64,000 bases of DNA, taken from Candidatus Limnocylindrales bacterium (GTDB lineage Bacteria; Chloroflexota; Limnocylindria; Limnocylindrales; CSP1-4). Positions 16,520 to 25,446 of this stretch are shown one piece after another. Made by a program: the position numbers and the translations under genes. Below the pieces are notes generated by a model. The model searched no databases. It was not told the DNA's origin and was given only the letters and a program-made list of their open reading frames with translations. Positions within the stretch are counted from its first letter, which is position 1. Each line of letters starts with the position of its first letter. Location: assembly GCA_035693125.1 (NCBI GenBank), contig DASSHB010000133.1, forward strand, positions 11,270-75,269. Direction: 5' to 3'.

Positions 16520-18493
16520 TCAGGCGGCGGTGGCGCTCCCGCTCAAGCCCAGCCGCGCGAGGAACGCCTCGTTCGAGGGCTCGCGCCCGAGGAACCGACG
16601 GAGCCGATCGACCTGCGGCCGAGTCCATGGGGCCGCCAGGATCTCGCGGCGGTAGTCGGCGCCGACCTGCGCCGATCGCGTCCCCTCCGTCTCGAACCGC
16701 GAGAACATGTCGTCGCCGTAGACCTGGGCCCACAGATAGCCATAGAGGAGGCCGTCGTAGCCACCGAGCAGATGGCTCACCTGGGCGGGGTAGAAGCCGC
16801 CTTCGACGAACGGAAAGGGCAGGATCGACCAGGCGCGCCGATTCGCGTCCTCCAGGTCTGTCGACGCCTCCGGGCCGTGAAGCCAGACGTCGACCATCGT
16901 CATGTACGTGAGGCGCAGCGTCGTCGTCTCGAGCCCGATCCGCCGCGTCGCGGGCAGCGCCTCGAGCAGCTCCGGGGGCATCGGCTCGCCGGTCCGGTAA
17001 TGACGGGCGAACCGGCCCACGATCTCGGGCCGGCTGGTCCAGTGCTCCATGATCTGCGACGCCGACTCGATCCAGTCCCAGCCCAGCCAGCGACCCTCCG
17101 CGGCGACCTGGCCCGACGATTCGAGGATGCCCTCGAGGACGTGCCCGAACTCGTGGAAGAGCGTCTCGAGGTCCTGCGGCGTCAGCAGGCTCGGGGTCGA
17201 CGGTCCGGGGGGCGTGAGGCTCGCGACCAGGCCCATGAACGGCAGCCGAGGCTGCCCGTCGGGATCGTGATGGCCGGCGTGGATCGGGTACGCCCACGCG
17301 CCCGGCAGCTTGCCCGGCCGCGGCAACAGGTCGAAGAGCGCGTGGCCGAGGACCGCGCCGGCGGCGACGTCCTCGAAGCGGAATCGGCGCACGTCCGGAT
17401 GCCAGCCGCGGACGTCGGGCTCCTCGATGACCCGGATCCCGAAGACGTCCGCGGTCAGCTCGAACAGGCCGGCCAGCGCGGCGTCCGCCGGCAGATACTC
17501 GGCGATCGTCTGGGCCTCGACGCCGACGGCGTCGCGCTCGGCCGCGTCATAGAAGCGCCAATCCCATTCCTCGGCCACGGCGGCCGGATCGCCCTCGTCG
17601 CGCCGCACGTGGTCCGTCATCCTCGCGATCCCGTCCGCGACCGCGAGGTTCAGGCCTCGGGACAGGTGGTCCATGAAGTCGAGGACCGTGGCCCGGTCGC
17701 CCGCCATCGCGCCCGAGGTCTGGAGGTCCATCCAGGAGTCGTGGCCCAGCAGGCCGGCCAACCGCCGCCGGAGGCGGATCGTCTCGGCCAGGACCGGCTC
17801 GTTCGTCTCGACGGCCTGATCGAACCAGGTCCGCACGATCCGTTCCCGAGCCGCGCGGTTCGTCGCACGCTCCAGGACCGGGATGCGCTCGCTCGCGTCC
17901 ATCGCCACGAGCCGGCTGCCCCGAGCCGACCCGGCGGGGAGTCGCTCGATGAGCGCGGGCGGCAACCCGTCAAGCTCGTCCGCGGCAAGCTCGACCGTGC
18001 GCCGGTCTCCCTCGATGTTCTCGGCGAAGCGGACCCCCAGCTCCACGAGGCGGGCGCGACCGGCCGCGACCTCGCGGCGCTCCCCCGTCCCGAGCGCGTA
18101 TCCCGCAAGCGCGGTCTCGGCGAGCCATCGATCGAGCGCCGGTCGCTCGTCGTCGTCGAGGACGAGCTCGCCGAGCTCCGCGGCGGCCGCCACCCGGCGA
18201 ACCGCGGCTCCGACGTCGTCGCGCTCGAAGAGCCCGGCCCGCCATTTGTTCAGGGCCTCGTCGGCCTCGCGGGCAGCCGCCCGGATCGCGTCGTCCGGGT
18301 GGATCGTCGCGAAGGCCGCGGTTCGCCCGAAGGCATCCCAGGTCTCGAGGACCGCGTTCCCGAGCTGGCCCACCACGGCGGCGTAGGTTGGTTGCGGCGC
18401 GGCGACCGCGGCGGCGACCCGCCGATCTGCGGCCTCGATGGCCCGCTCGACGGCCTCGCGCATCGCGTTCGGCGTCAGCTCTTCGAACTCCAT
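16520..18493 (-). CDS. M3-family zinc oligopeptidase (Dcp/oligopeptidase A-like)
   Basis: Zinc site 'HEFGHVLEG' and an M3-like length. The start is taken at ATG 18493 ('MEFEELTPNAM'). Confidence 0.85.
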   Translation of the reverse strand: MEFEELTPNAMREAVERAIEAADRRVAAAVAAPQPTYAAVVGQLGNAVLETWDAFGRTAAFATIHPDDAIRAAAREADEALNKWRAGLFERDDVGAAVRRVAAAAELGELVLDDDERPALDRWLAETALAGYALGTGERREVAAGRARLVELGVRFAENIEGDRRTVELAADELDGLPPALIERLPAGSARGSRLVAMDASERIPVLERATNRAARERIVRTWFDQAVETNEPVLAETIRLRRRLAGLLGHDSWMDLQTSGAMAGDRATVLDFMDHLSRGLNLAVADGIARMTDHVRRDEGDPAAVAEEWDWRFYDAAERDAVGVEAQTIAEYLPADAALAGLFELTADVFGIRVIEEPDVRGWHPDVRRFRFEDVAAGAVLGHALFDLLPRPGKLPGAWAYPIHAGHHDPDGQPRLPFMGLVASLTPPGPSTPSLLTPQDLETLFHEFGHVLEGILESSGQVAAEGRWLGWDWIESASQIMEHWTSRPEIVGRFARHYRTGEPMPPELLEALPATRRIGLETTTLRLTYMTMVDVWLHGPEASTDLEDANRRAWSILPFPFVEGGFYPAQVSHLLGGYDGLLYGYLWAQVYGDDMFSRFETEGTRSAQVGADYRREILAAPWTRPQVDRLRRFLGREPSNEAFLARLGLSGSATAA

Positions 18494-18525
18494 CGGCCCA
18501 TCCAACCCCACTCGCTGCTCCCCGG

Positions 18526-19020
18526 TCAGTCGCGCCGCGCCGTGAGCCCGGCGGTCTCCGCTGCCGCGCGCCGGACGGCGGCGATGATCGGCTGGTAGCC
18601 GGTGCACCGGCAGAGATTGCCGGCCAGGGCGTCGCGGATCGCATCATCGCCCGGATCGGGGTCGGCGGCGAGGAGCGCCGTGGCCGAGATCAGCATGCCG
18701 GGCGTGCAGAACCCGCACTGGATCCCGCCGCCTTCGACGAATGCGCGCTGCAGTGGGCTGAGCTCGCCGTCGGGGCCGGCCAGTCCCTCGACGGTCGTGA
18801 TCGCCCGGCCGGCGGCCTGGAGGGCGAGGAACGAGCACGCGTTCACCGGACGTCCGTCGACCAGGACCATGCACGCCCCGCACTCCGAATCGTCGCAGCC
18901 CTCCTTCGGCCCCGTCCGGCCCAGGTCGTCGCGGAGGACGCGCAGCAGGGAGCGGCTCGGATCCGTCACGAGCGCTCGCAGGCGGATCCCGTCGACCGTC
19001 AGCTCCAGTTCGGCGCTCAT
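18526..19020 (-). CDS. (2Fe-2S)-binding small subunit of a xanthine-dehydrogenase-family molybdenum hydroxylase
   Basis: 'CDDSECGACMV' together with 'CGFCTPG ... CRCTGY' gives two [2Fe-2S] binding motifs. Confidence 0.9.
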   Translation of the reverse strand: MSAELELTVDGIRLRALVTDPSRSLLRVLRDDLGRTGPKEGCDDSECGACMVLVDGRPVNACSFLALQAAGRAITTVEGLAGPDGELSPLQRAFVEGGGIQCGFCTPGMLISATALLAADPDPGDDAIRDALAGNLCRCTGYQPIIAAVRRAAAETAGLTARRD

Positions 19021-19940
19021 CAGTGATCCACCGCCGGCGCCCAGCGCGAGGCCGGCACCGCGAGGGGCCGGCCCGCCGCGCGCTCGATCGCGGCAGCAGC
19101 AGCCCGGGCGACGACGACCGCGATCATCGCGCGGCGGTAGTCGGCGCTCGCGCGGACGTCGTCGATGGGCTGCGCGCTTGCGGCAGCCGCGCCCCCTGCC
19201 GCGTGGAATGCGGCCCAGCCGACGACGGTGCCGGTGAGCTCGGCCTCCGCGGCGGGCGCCCGGACGACGGTCGGCGCGACGGCGGTGAGGGCGACTCGCG
19301 CGGCCGCGATCCCCGCCCCGTCCGACGTCAGGGTCACGGCGACGGCCGCGCCGACGACCGCGATCTCCATCGCCCGGCGGTACTCGAGCCGGATGTAGGC
19401 GGAGCCGGACCGAGAAGCGGGCGCCGGGATCCGGACGGACCCGAGCAGCTCGCCCGCCCGGGCGGCCGTCCGGCCCGGGCCGGTCGCCAGGTCCGCCACG
19501 GCGATCGCCCGCTCCGAGCCGGCGGGGCCGCGCAGGCTGACGGTGCCATCCAGAACGACGAGCGGGGCCGTGGTCTCGGCCGCCGGTGAGGCGTTCATCA
19601 GGTTGCCGCCGAGCGTGCCCGTCGCGCGGGTCGCCGGCGAGCCGACGATCGCGGAGGCGTCCGCAAGGGCCGTCCAGGATCGCGCGATCGCGGCATCCGA
19701 CGCGATCCAGGCGTGCGAGACCAGGGCCCCGAGGACGAGCGACCCGTCGGCGTCGATGCCGGCGCCGGCAAGCTCCGGGATCCGGTCGATCGCCACGATC
19801 GACGGGGGCAATGGGCGCCGGCCTTGGCGGGCCGCGACGACCAGGTCGGTCCCGCCGGCAACCGCCCGCGCCGCCGGATCCGCGGCCAGGAGGGCCAGCG
19901 CGGCGTCGAGCGTCGTCGGCGCCGCGAAGTGCTCGGTCAT
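19020..19940 (-). CDS. FAD-binding medium subunit of the molybdenum hydroxylase
   Basis: 'AGGTDLVV' and 'ATGTLGGNL' are CoxM/XdhB-type FAD-binding motifs. The start overlaps the large-subunit stop (ATGA). Confidence 0.9.
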   Translation of the reverse strand: MTEHFAAPTTLDAALALLAADPAARAVAGGTDLVVAARQGRRPLPPSIVAIDRIPELAGAGIDADGSLVLGALVSHAWIASDAAIARSWTALADASAIVGSPATRATGTLGGNLMNASPAAETTAPLVVLDGTVSLRGPAGSERAIAVADLATGPGRTAARAGELLGSVRIPAPASRSGSAYIRLEYRRAMEIAVVGAAVAVTLTSDGAGIAAARVALTAVAPTVVRAPAAEAELTGTVVGWAAFHAAGGAAAASAQPIDDVRASADYRRAMIAVVVARAAAAAIERAAGRPLAVPASRWAPAVDH

Positions 19941-22291
19941 CGCGCGGCGCCCGCCGTGACCGGGCCGAACGGCGCGTTCCGCTCGGCCGAGCCGTCGTCG
20001 CCCGTCGTGACCGCGCGCCAGACGCGCTCGGCCGTCATCGGCAACCGTCGGACCCGGACGCCCGTGGCGGCCGCGATCGCGTTCGCCACCGCTCCGGCCG
20101 TGGCGACGATCGGCGGCTCGCCGACCCCCTTCGAGCCGTACGGCCCGCCGTTCGCCGCCGGGTGCTCGACGAAGATCGCCTCGATCTCCGGAGCATCGGC
20201 GCTCGTCAGGAGCTTGTAGTCGAGGAGGGAGGCGTTCCGCTGGAGGCCGTCATCGCCGTAGCGGGTCCCTTCGAGCGTCGCGTTGCCGAGGGCCATCACG
20301 ACGCCGCCGGTCAGCTGGCCGAGGGCGCCCGTCGGGTTGAGGACGCGGCCCACGTCGGTCGCCGCGACCACCTTCGTGGCGCGGGCGACGCCCGTCGCCG
20401 GATCGACCCGGACGCGCGCCGCGTGGCAGAAGAACGTCGGCGCGGCGAATGCCTCGAAGCCGAGCCGGCCGACGCACATCGAGGCGTCATGCTCGGGGCC
20501 CTGGGGGGGCAGGCCCGAGCCCCGGGCGAGCAGGAGCGCTCCGTCCTGAGCGCTCGAGGCGAGGGTGGCGATCGACACGCGACGGTCCGGACTGCCGACG
20601 ACGCCGGCGTGGCCGTCACGAAGCTCGAGATCGTCGACGCTGGCCTCGAGCGCGATCGCGGCGAGGTCGAGGAGCTGGCGGCGCAGATCCGTGGCGGCCT
20701 CCAGGACGGCCCGGCCGTTGTTGAACGTCGTCTGGCTCCCCGAGCTGCCGCCGTCATACGGACCGGCGTCCGTGTCCTGGTAGGTGATCGCGAAGTCCTC
20801 GGGCCGCATGGCGAGGACCTGGGCCGCGAGGATCGGCAGCGCCATGACCGCCCCGGTGCCGTTCTCCTGGGCTCCGGTGACGATCCGGCCGCTGCCGTCG
20901 GATTCGATTCGGACGTACGCGCCGGACGCGGCCGGCATGCTGAACCACCATCCGGAGGCGATGCCGATCGCCTCACCGGCGGCGAGCGGTCCGGCGGCCT
21001 GGATCGCCGCGACCGCCCGCTCGAGGGTGTCGATGGCGCCGTCGCCCTCGTGCCGCTGGCGGGTGGGTCCCTCGTCTCCGTCGCGGACCAGGTTCCGCCG
21101 CCGGAACGCCACGGGATCGAGCCCGACGCGGGCTGCGACGGCGTCGTGATGCTGTTCGACCGCCCAGCAGGCCTGGGGCCCGGTCGGCGCCCGGACCGAG
21201 CCCGACGGCGTGCGGTTCGTGTAGACGCAGATCGCCTCGATGTCGACGTCCGGGATCCGGTAGGGGCCCGCGATCATCATCGCGGCGATCTGGCCGAGCG
21301 TCGGCGTGTCGCTGGCGTAGGCGCCGCAGTCGAGGAGGATGCGCGCGGTCCGGGCGAGGATCGTGCCGTCCTCGGCCACGCCGGTCGCAAGGTCGACGAC
21401 CATGGCATGGGTGACCTTGTCCGGGGCGATGAACTCCTCACGCCGGGTCAGGACGAGCCGGACCGGCCGGCGAGTCGCCCGCGACAGGGCGGCGAGGTGG
21501 CTCTCGAAGTGGAAGTCGCATTTGCCCCCGAACCCGCCGCCCAGGTGGCTGACGACGACCCGAACCCGGTGCTCCGGAATCTGGAGCGTCTCGGCGACCT
21601 TGCTCCGGGCATAGAACGGGACCTGGGTGCTCGACCAGATCGTGACCCGGTCGCCGCTCCAGTCCGCCGTCACGGTGTGCGGCTCGATCGGAACGGGATG
21701 GGCCATGTCCGCGACGTAGCGCTCGCGGACGACGATCGGGGCACGCGCCAGCGCCGCCGTTGCGTCGCCCTTGACGATCGTGGACCGGCTCGCCTGGTTG
21801 GCGACCGGGGCGATGTTGGGGTCGTGGCGGTAGGCCTCGATCTCGGGGTGGACGAGCGGCGACGACGGCGCCAGGGCGGCCTCCACGTCGAGGACGGCCG
21901 GCAGGTCCTCGTACTCGACCTCGATCGCGGCGACGGCCCCCGCAGCGGCCTCGGGCGAGAGCGCGGCGACCGCGGCCACCACCTCACCCTCGTAGCGGAC
22001 GACGTCGCGGGCGAACAGCGTTCGATCGAGGACGAGGTCGAACGAGCCGTAGCGCCGGTCGGGCACGTCGGCCTGGGTGAGGATCGCCAGGACGCCCGGC
22101 AGCGCGGCGGCGCGGCTCGTGTCGAGCCGCACGATCCGGGCATGCGCGCGGCCGGCGAGCAGGAGCTTGGCGTGGGCCAGGCCGGGGAACGCGAGGTCCG
22201 CGGTGTAGCGGGCCTGGCCGGTGGCCTTGGCGATCCCGTCGGGTCGAATCCAGGGATCGGACGCAGGCGGACGCGGCTCGGTCACGGGCAA
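19937..22291 (-). CDS. molybdopterin-binding large subunit of the molybdenum hydroxylase (xanthine dehydrogenase/aldehyde oxidoreductase family)
   Basis: 'GQARYTAD', 'GGGFGGK' and 'RAPTGPQACWAVEQ' are seen. No CODH-type AYRCSFR or AYRGAGR loop is present. GGAGGAGGAG lies upstream of the TTG/GTG start. Confidence 0.9.
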   Translation of the reverse strand: MPVTEPRPPASDPWIRPDGIAKATGQARYTADLAFPGLAHAKLLLAGRAHARIVRLDTSRAAALPGVLAILTQADVPDRRYGSFDLVLDRTLFARDVVRYEGEVVAAVAALSPEAAAGAVAAIEVEYEDLPAVLDVEAALAPSSPLVHPEIEAYRHDPNIAPVANQASRSTIVKGDATAALARAPIVVRERYVADMAHPVPIEPHTVTADWSGDRVTIWSSTQVPFYARSKVAETLQIPEHRVRVVVSHLGGGFGGKCDFHFESHLAALSRATRRPVRLVLTRREEFIAPDKVTHAMVVDLATGVAEDGTILARTARILLDCGAYASDTPTLGQIAAMMIAGPYRIPDVDIEAICVYTNRTPSGSVRAPTGPQACWAVEQHHDAVAARVGLDPVAFRRRNLVRDGDEGPTRQRHEGDGAIDTLERAVAAIQAAGPLAAGEAIGIASGWWFSMPAASGAYVRIESDGSGRIVTGAQENGTGAVMALPILAAQVLAMRPEDFAITYQDTDAGPYDGGSSGSQTTFNNGRAVLEAATDLRRQLLDLAAIALEASVDDLELRDGHAGVVGSPDRRVSIATLASSAQDGALLLARGSGLPPQGPEHDASMCVGRLGFEAFAAPTFFCHAARVRVDPATGVARATKVVAATDVGRVLNPTGALGQLTGGVVMALGNATLEGTRYGDDGLQRNASLLDYKLLTSADAPEIEAIFVEHPAANGGPYGSKGVGEPPIVATAGAVANAIAAATGVRVRRLPMTAERVWRAVTTGDDGSAERNAPFGPVTAGAAR

Positions 22292-22830
22292 CGGCTCCTC
22301 CTCCGGGGGTGACGGGAGCTCGAGGATAGGGAGTCCGCCCGGCCCCGGCGGCGCCGGACCACACCGCGGATCGACGAGGCAGACGGTTGGTGGCGACGCG
22401 GATCGGTCCTGCCCGGACCGCCCCGATCGGCTCGTGACCGGACCGCGATCCGGACCATCGGGTCAGGCACCGCCTGGGACGTGCGCCCGTGCACCGGCGC
22501 ATGCGGGCACCGGCCTACCGCCGGCCTCAGGCGGCGGGTACTAGTTCGTCCCTCCTCGAGCCGGCGCCGGCACCGTACGGTTCGGTCCGCTCGGGCATCG
22601 GGCCGAGGGGTCTCGGACGGCGGACGTTCCACCGGGGAGCCCGCAGGGACGCGTGAGGAACACCTTCGGGCCGATGCGCCGGCGGCGCGCCGGGACGGGG
22701 CACGGCGGTCGCGCGATGTCACCTCGGCCGCGGAATCCGGAGCGGCCTGAGTCTCATCGTCCGCCGCGCGCGAGGGTTCCGGGGGGACTCGTGCGCGGCG
22801 GACGACCACCCGCGCGCCGACCGTCGACCG

Positions 22831-23355
22831 TCAGGTCACTTCGACCAGGCGGCCCGTCTCGACCTCGAAGATGAGGCCGTGGATCGGGCCGGGCCGGACC
22901 CACGGATGGGCCCGCAGCCGCTCGACCTGGGCTCGGACGGAAGCCTCCAGGTCGGGGAACGACCCGAACGCGACGTCGAGATCGCGACCGGTCCGAGCGC
23001 GGAGGCCTTCGCGCATCTCGTCCTCGTCGGCTCGCTCCAGGCCGCACTGGGTGTGGCCGATCACGAGGACCTCGTCGGTCCCGAGCCGCTCCTGGCTGAC
23101 GATCAGCGAACGGATCGCATCGTCGCTCGCGAGACCACCGGCGTTCCGGATGATGTGGGCGTCACCCGTCCGCAGGCCAAGGGCCTCCTCCACGTCCAGG
23201 CGGGCGTCCATGCAGGCGATGATCGCGACGCCGGACAGCGGGGCCGCGGTCAGCGCGGACCGGTCGAACGCGTCGACGTAGCGCCGGTTCTCGCGGAGGA
23301 TCCGGGCGAATTCGCTCCCGTCGTCGGGGCTCGGCGCGCCGGGCGCATCCCGCAC
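22831..23355 (-). CDS. beta-class carbonic anhydrase
   Basis: 'CMDAR' and 'GHTQCG' are the zinc-ligand motifs of beta-CA. It begins 3 nt after the flotillin stop. Confidence 0.9.
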   Translation of the reverse strand: MRDAPGAPSPDDGSEFARILRENRRYVDAFDRSALTAAPLSGVAIIACMDARLDVEEALGLRTGDAHIIRNAGGLASDDAIRSLIVSQERLGTDEVLVIGHTQCGLERADEDEMREGLRARTGRDLDVAFGSFPDLEASVRAQVERLRAHPWVRPGPIHGLIFEVETGRLVEVT

Positions 23356-23358
23356 GGG

Positions 23359-25446
23359 TCAGGCCTGCGCGGACGGACCGGAGCCGCCCCCGAACTGGTC
23401 GACCATCTCGCCGATCGTCGTGTTCCCGTAGCGATCGGCCAGCTCGCCGCGGGCGATCCGCCACATCGTTCGGAGCGGACGCGGTCCCGCCCGGTCGAGC
23501 TCCCCCAGCCGGATCGAGCCGAACCGCTCGATCCCGGGGATCGCCGCGAGGTCGCGGGCGAGACGTTGCGCGGCGACGTTGACCGTCGTGTCGCGACTCA
23601 CGCCAGCCGCGGCCGGCGCACCCGAGACCGCCGATCCGGCGGCTGCCGGCGCCGACCGCAGCGCCGCGCCCACCCGCTCGCCAGCCTGGCGGACCGACGC
23701 ATCCACGCGGGCCATGGCGGCCTGGGTGGCGGCCTCGCCGGCCTCCACGGCGCGGCGCGCGTCGGCGGCGTCACGGGCGGCGAGCTCCGCGGCGGTCGCG
23801 CTGTCGCGAGCCACGGACTCGCCGGCTGCGCGCGCGTCCGCCAGCGCTCGTCGGGAGGCCGAAGCGGCCCGCGCGGCCGACGACCCGGATGGGCCGGAGG
23901 TGGCGGCGCCGGCCGCAGCGGCCGTCGCCGGGCTCGGGGCGGGGCTCGAGGGCCGCGGCGATCGTCGCCGCCCGGTCCCACCACCGCCGCCCTCGCTGCC
24001 GCCTTCAGCTCCGCCGCCTCCGCCGCCTCCGCCGCCTCCGCCGCCACGGATCGCGCCGCTGATCAGGGCCGGGATGTCGAGGCCGGTCAGGCCCTTCACC
24101 GCCGTGCTCGCCTCGGTCACGGTCCGCGTCGCGTTCTTGACGACGTCCGAGGCACCCTCCGTCGAGAGGACCGTCATCGAGTCGATCGCCGCCATCGGCT
24201 CGGCAGCCGCTCGCACGATCTCCGGCAGCATCGACAGGACGGTCTGGATGATCGCGGCCTCGTTGAACTGGCGATAGGCGTCCGCCCGGAGGGCCAGGGC
24301 CTTCGCCTCGGCCTCCCCCTTCGTGAAGACGATCCCGGCCTCGGCGTTGCCTTCGAGCTTGGTGCGCTCCGCTTCGGACTGCGCGTTGACGAGGATGACC
24401 CGCGCGTTCGCCTCGCCCTTCGTGACATTGACCGCCGCCTCGGCCTGGCCGGCGAGCTTGACCCGCTCGGCGTCGGCCTGCGCGGCGGCGATCCGGGCGA
24501 GCTTCTCGCCCTCGGCCCGCTTCACCGCGGCATCGGCCTCGGCCTCGGCCGGGCGGACCGTCGAGGCGACCAGCTCCTGCTGCTTGCGAGCGGCCTCGAG
24601 CTGGGCCAGCTCGGTCTGCTTCTTCACGACCTCCTGGGTCGCCTCCGCCTGGGCGAGCGGCCCGGACTGGGCGGCCCGGGCCTCCGCCGCCGCGATCTGC
24701 GTCTCGGTCTCGGCGCGCCGCAGCGAGACGTCGCGCTCGGCGTTGATCTTGATCTGGTTCGCTTCCGCCTCCCGGACGGCCGCCTCCTGGTCCGCGGTGG
24801 CCTTCGCCATCCGGGCGTCGCGCTCGCGGCGGGCCGTCTCCTGCTGGCCGATCAGCTCCATGTAGCCCGACTCGTCGCGGATCGCCTGGATCGTGAACGA
24901 GTCGATCTGGAGGCCGGAGGTGGCCAGATCACCCTTCGCGGCATCCTGGACGGCCTGCTGGAACTTCTGGCGGTCCAGGTTCAGCTCCTCGACCGTCAGC
25001 GTGCCGACGATCGACCGGAGCGAGCCCTCGAGGACGTTCTTCACGATCGAATCGACCTGGTCCTCCTGGGCGTCGAGGAAGCGCTCGGCGGCGTTCCGGA
25101 TCGACTCGTCGTCGGCACCGATCTTGAACGTCGCCACGCCCTGGACGGCGACCTTGATGCCCTGGCGAGACACCGCGTCGGCCAGGCTGACGTTGATCTG
25201 GCGCGCCGTCAGCTTCAGCTTCCCGATCTTGTGGAACAGGGGGAGCACGACGATGCCCTGGCCGCGGACGACCTTCAGCCCGGCCTCGCCGCCGCCGAGC
25301 GGCGTCGCCCGCCCCGAGCGGATCAACGCCTCGTTCGCCCCGGCGACCTTGTAGCGGCTGCCGAGATACGCGAACAGGAGCGCGAGGATGACGATCGCCG
25401 CGAAGACGACGATCACGCCGGAATCGAACTTCAGGAAATCAGGCAC
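23359..25446 (-). CDS. flotillin-like SPFH protein (FloT/YqiK type) with a long C-terminal extension
   Basis: An N-terminal hairpin TM, an SPFH domain ('VVLPLFHKIGKLKL', 'TVEELNLDRQKF'), and long EA-rich flotillin repeats are followed by 'GGGGGGGGGGGG' and about 230 further aa. Third-position GC stays high to the stop, which indicates real coding sequence. Confidence 0.85.
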   Translation of the reverse strand: MPDFLKFDSGVIVVFAAIVILALLFAYLGSRYKVAGANEALIRSGRATPLGGGEAGLKVVRGQGIVVLPLFHKIGKLKLTARQINVSLADAVSRQGIKVAVQGVATFKIGADDESIRNAAERFLDAQEDQVDSIVKNVLEGSLRSIVGTLTVEELNLDRQKFQQAVQDAAKGDLATSGLQIDSFTIQAIRDESGYMELIGQQETARRERDARMAKATADQEAAVREAEANQIKINAERDVSLRRAETETQIAAAEARAAQSGPLAQAEATQEVVKKQTELAQLEAARKQQELVASTVRPAEAEADAAVKRAEGEKLARIAAAQADAERVKLAGQAEAAVNVTKGEANARVILVNAQSEAERTKLEGNAEAGIVFTKGEAEAKALALRADAYRQFNEAAIIQTVLSMLPEIVRAAAEPMAAIDSMTVLSTEGASDVVKNATRTVTEASTAVKGLTGLDIPALISGAIRGGGGGGGGGGGGAEGGSEGGGGGTGRRRSPRPSSPAPSPATAAAAGAATSGPSGSSAARAASASRRALADARAAGESVARDSATAAELAARDAADARRAVEAGEAATQAAMARVDASVRQAGERVGAALRSAPAAAGSAVSGAPAAAGVSRDTTVNVAAQRLARDLAAIPGIERFGSIRLGELDRAGPRPLRTMWRIARGELADRYGNTTIGEMVDQFGGGSGPSAQA
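24011..24046. repeat. 9-bp tandem repeat x4 (ccgccgcct x3 + ccgccgcca) encoding the poly-Gly tract
   Basis: Read directly from the sequence at 24011-24046. It is in frame within the flotillin gene and encodes a run of 12 Gly. Confidence 0.9.

Noticed and set aside
18526-22291. Calling the three-subunit Mo enzyme an aerobic CO dehydrogenase (coxSML)
   Set aside because: The large subunit lacks the CoxL active-site loop (AYRCSFR or AYRGAGR) and no coxDEF-type accessory genes are adjacent. Only the generic xanthine-dehydrogenase-family assignment is supported.
22292-22830. A Moco, TPP or cobalamin riboswitch, RNase P, tmRNA or SRP RNA in the 540-bp gap
   Set aside because: The partial resemblances do not hold up. 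'cctcctcgagcc' versus the Moco core and 'ctgagg...cctgacc' versus TPP are each on the wrong strand or lack the rest of the consensus. 'gaggatagggagtccgcccgg' versus the RNase P P4 region also lacks the rest of the consensus. No conserved B12 box, tmRNA ends or SRP domain IV were seen.
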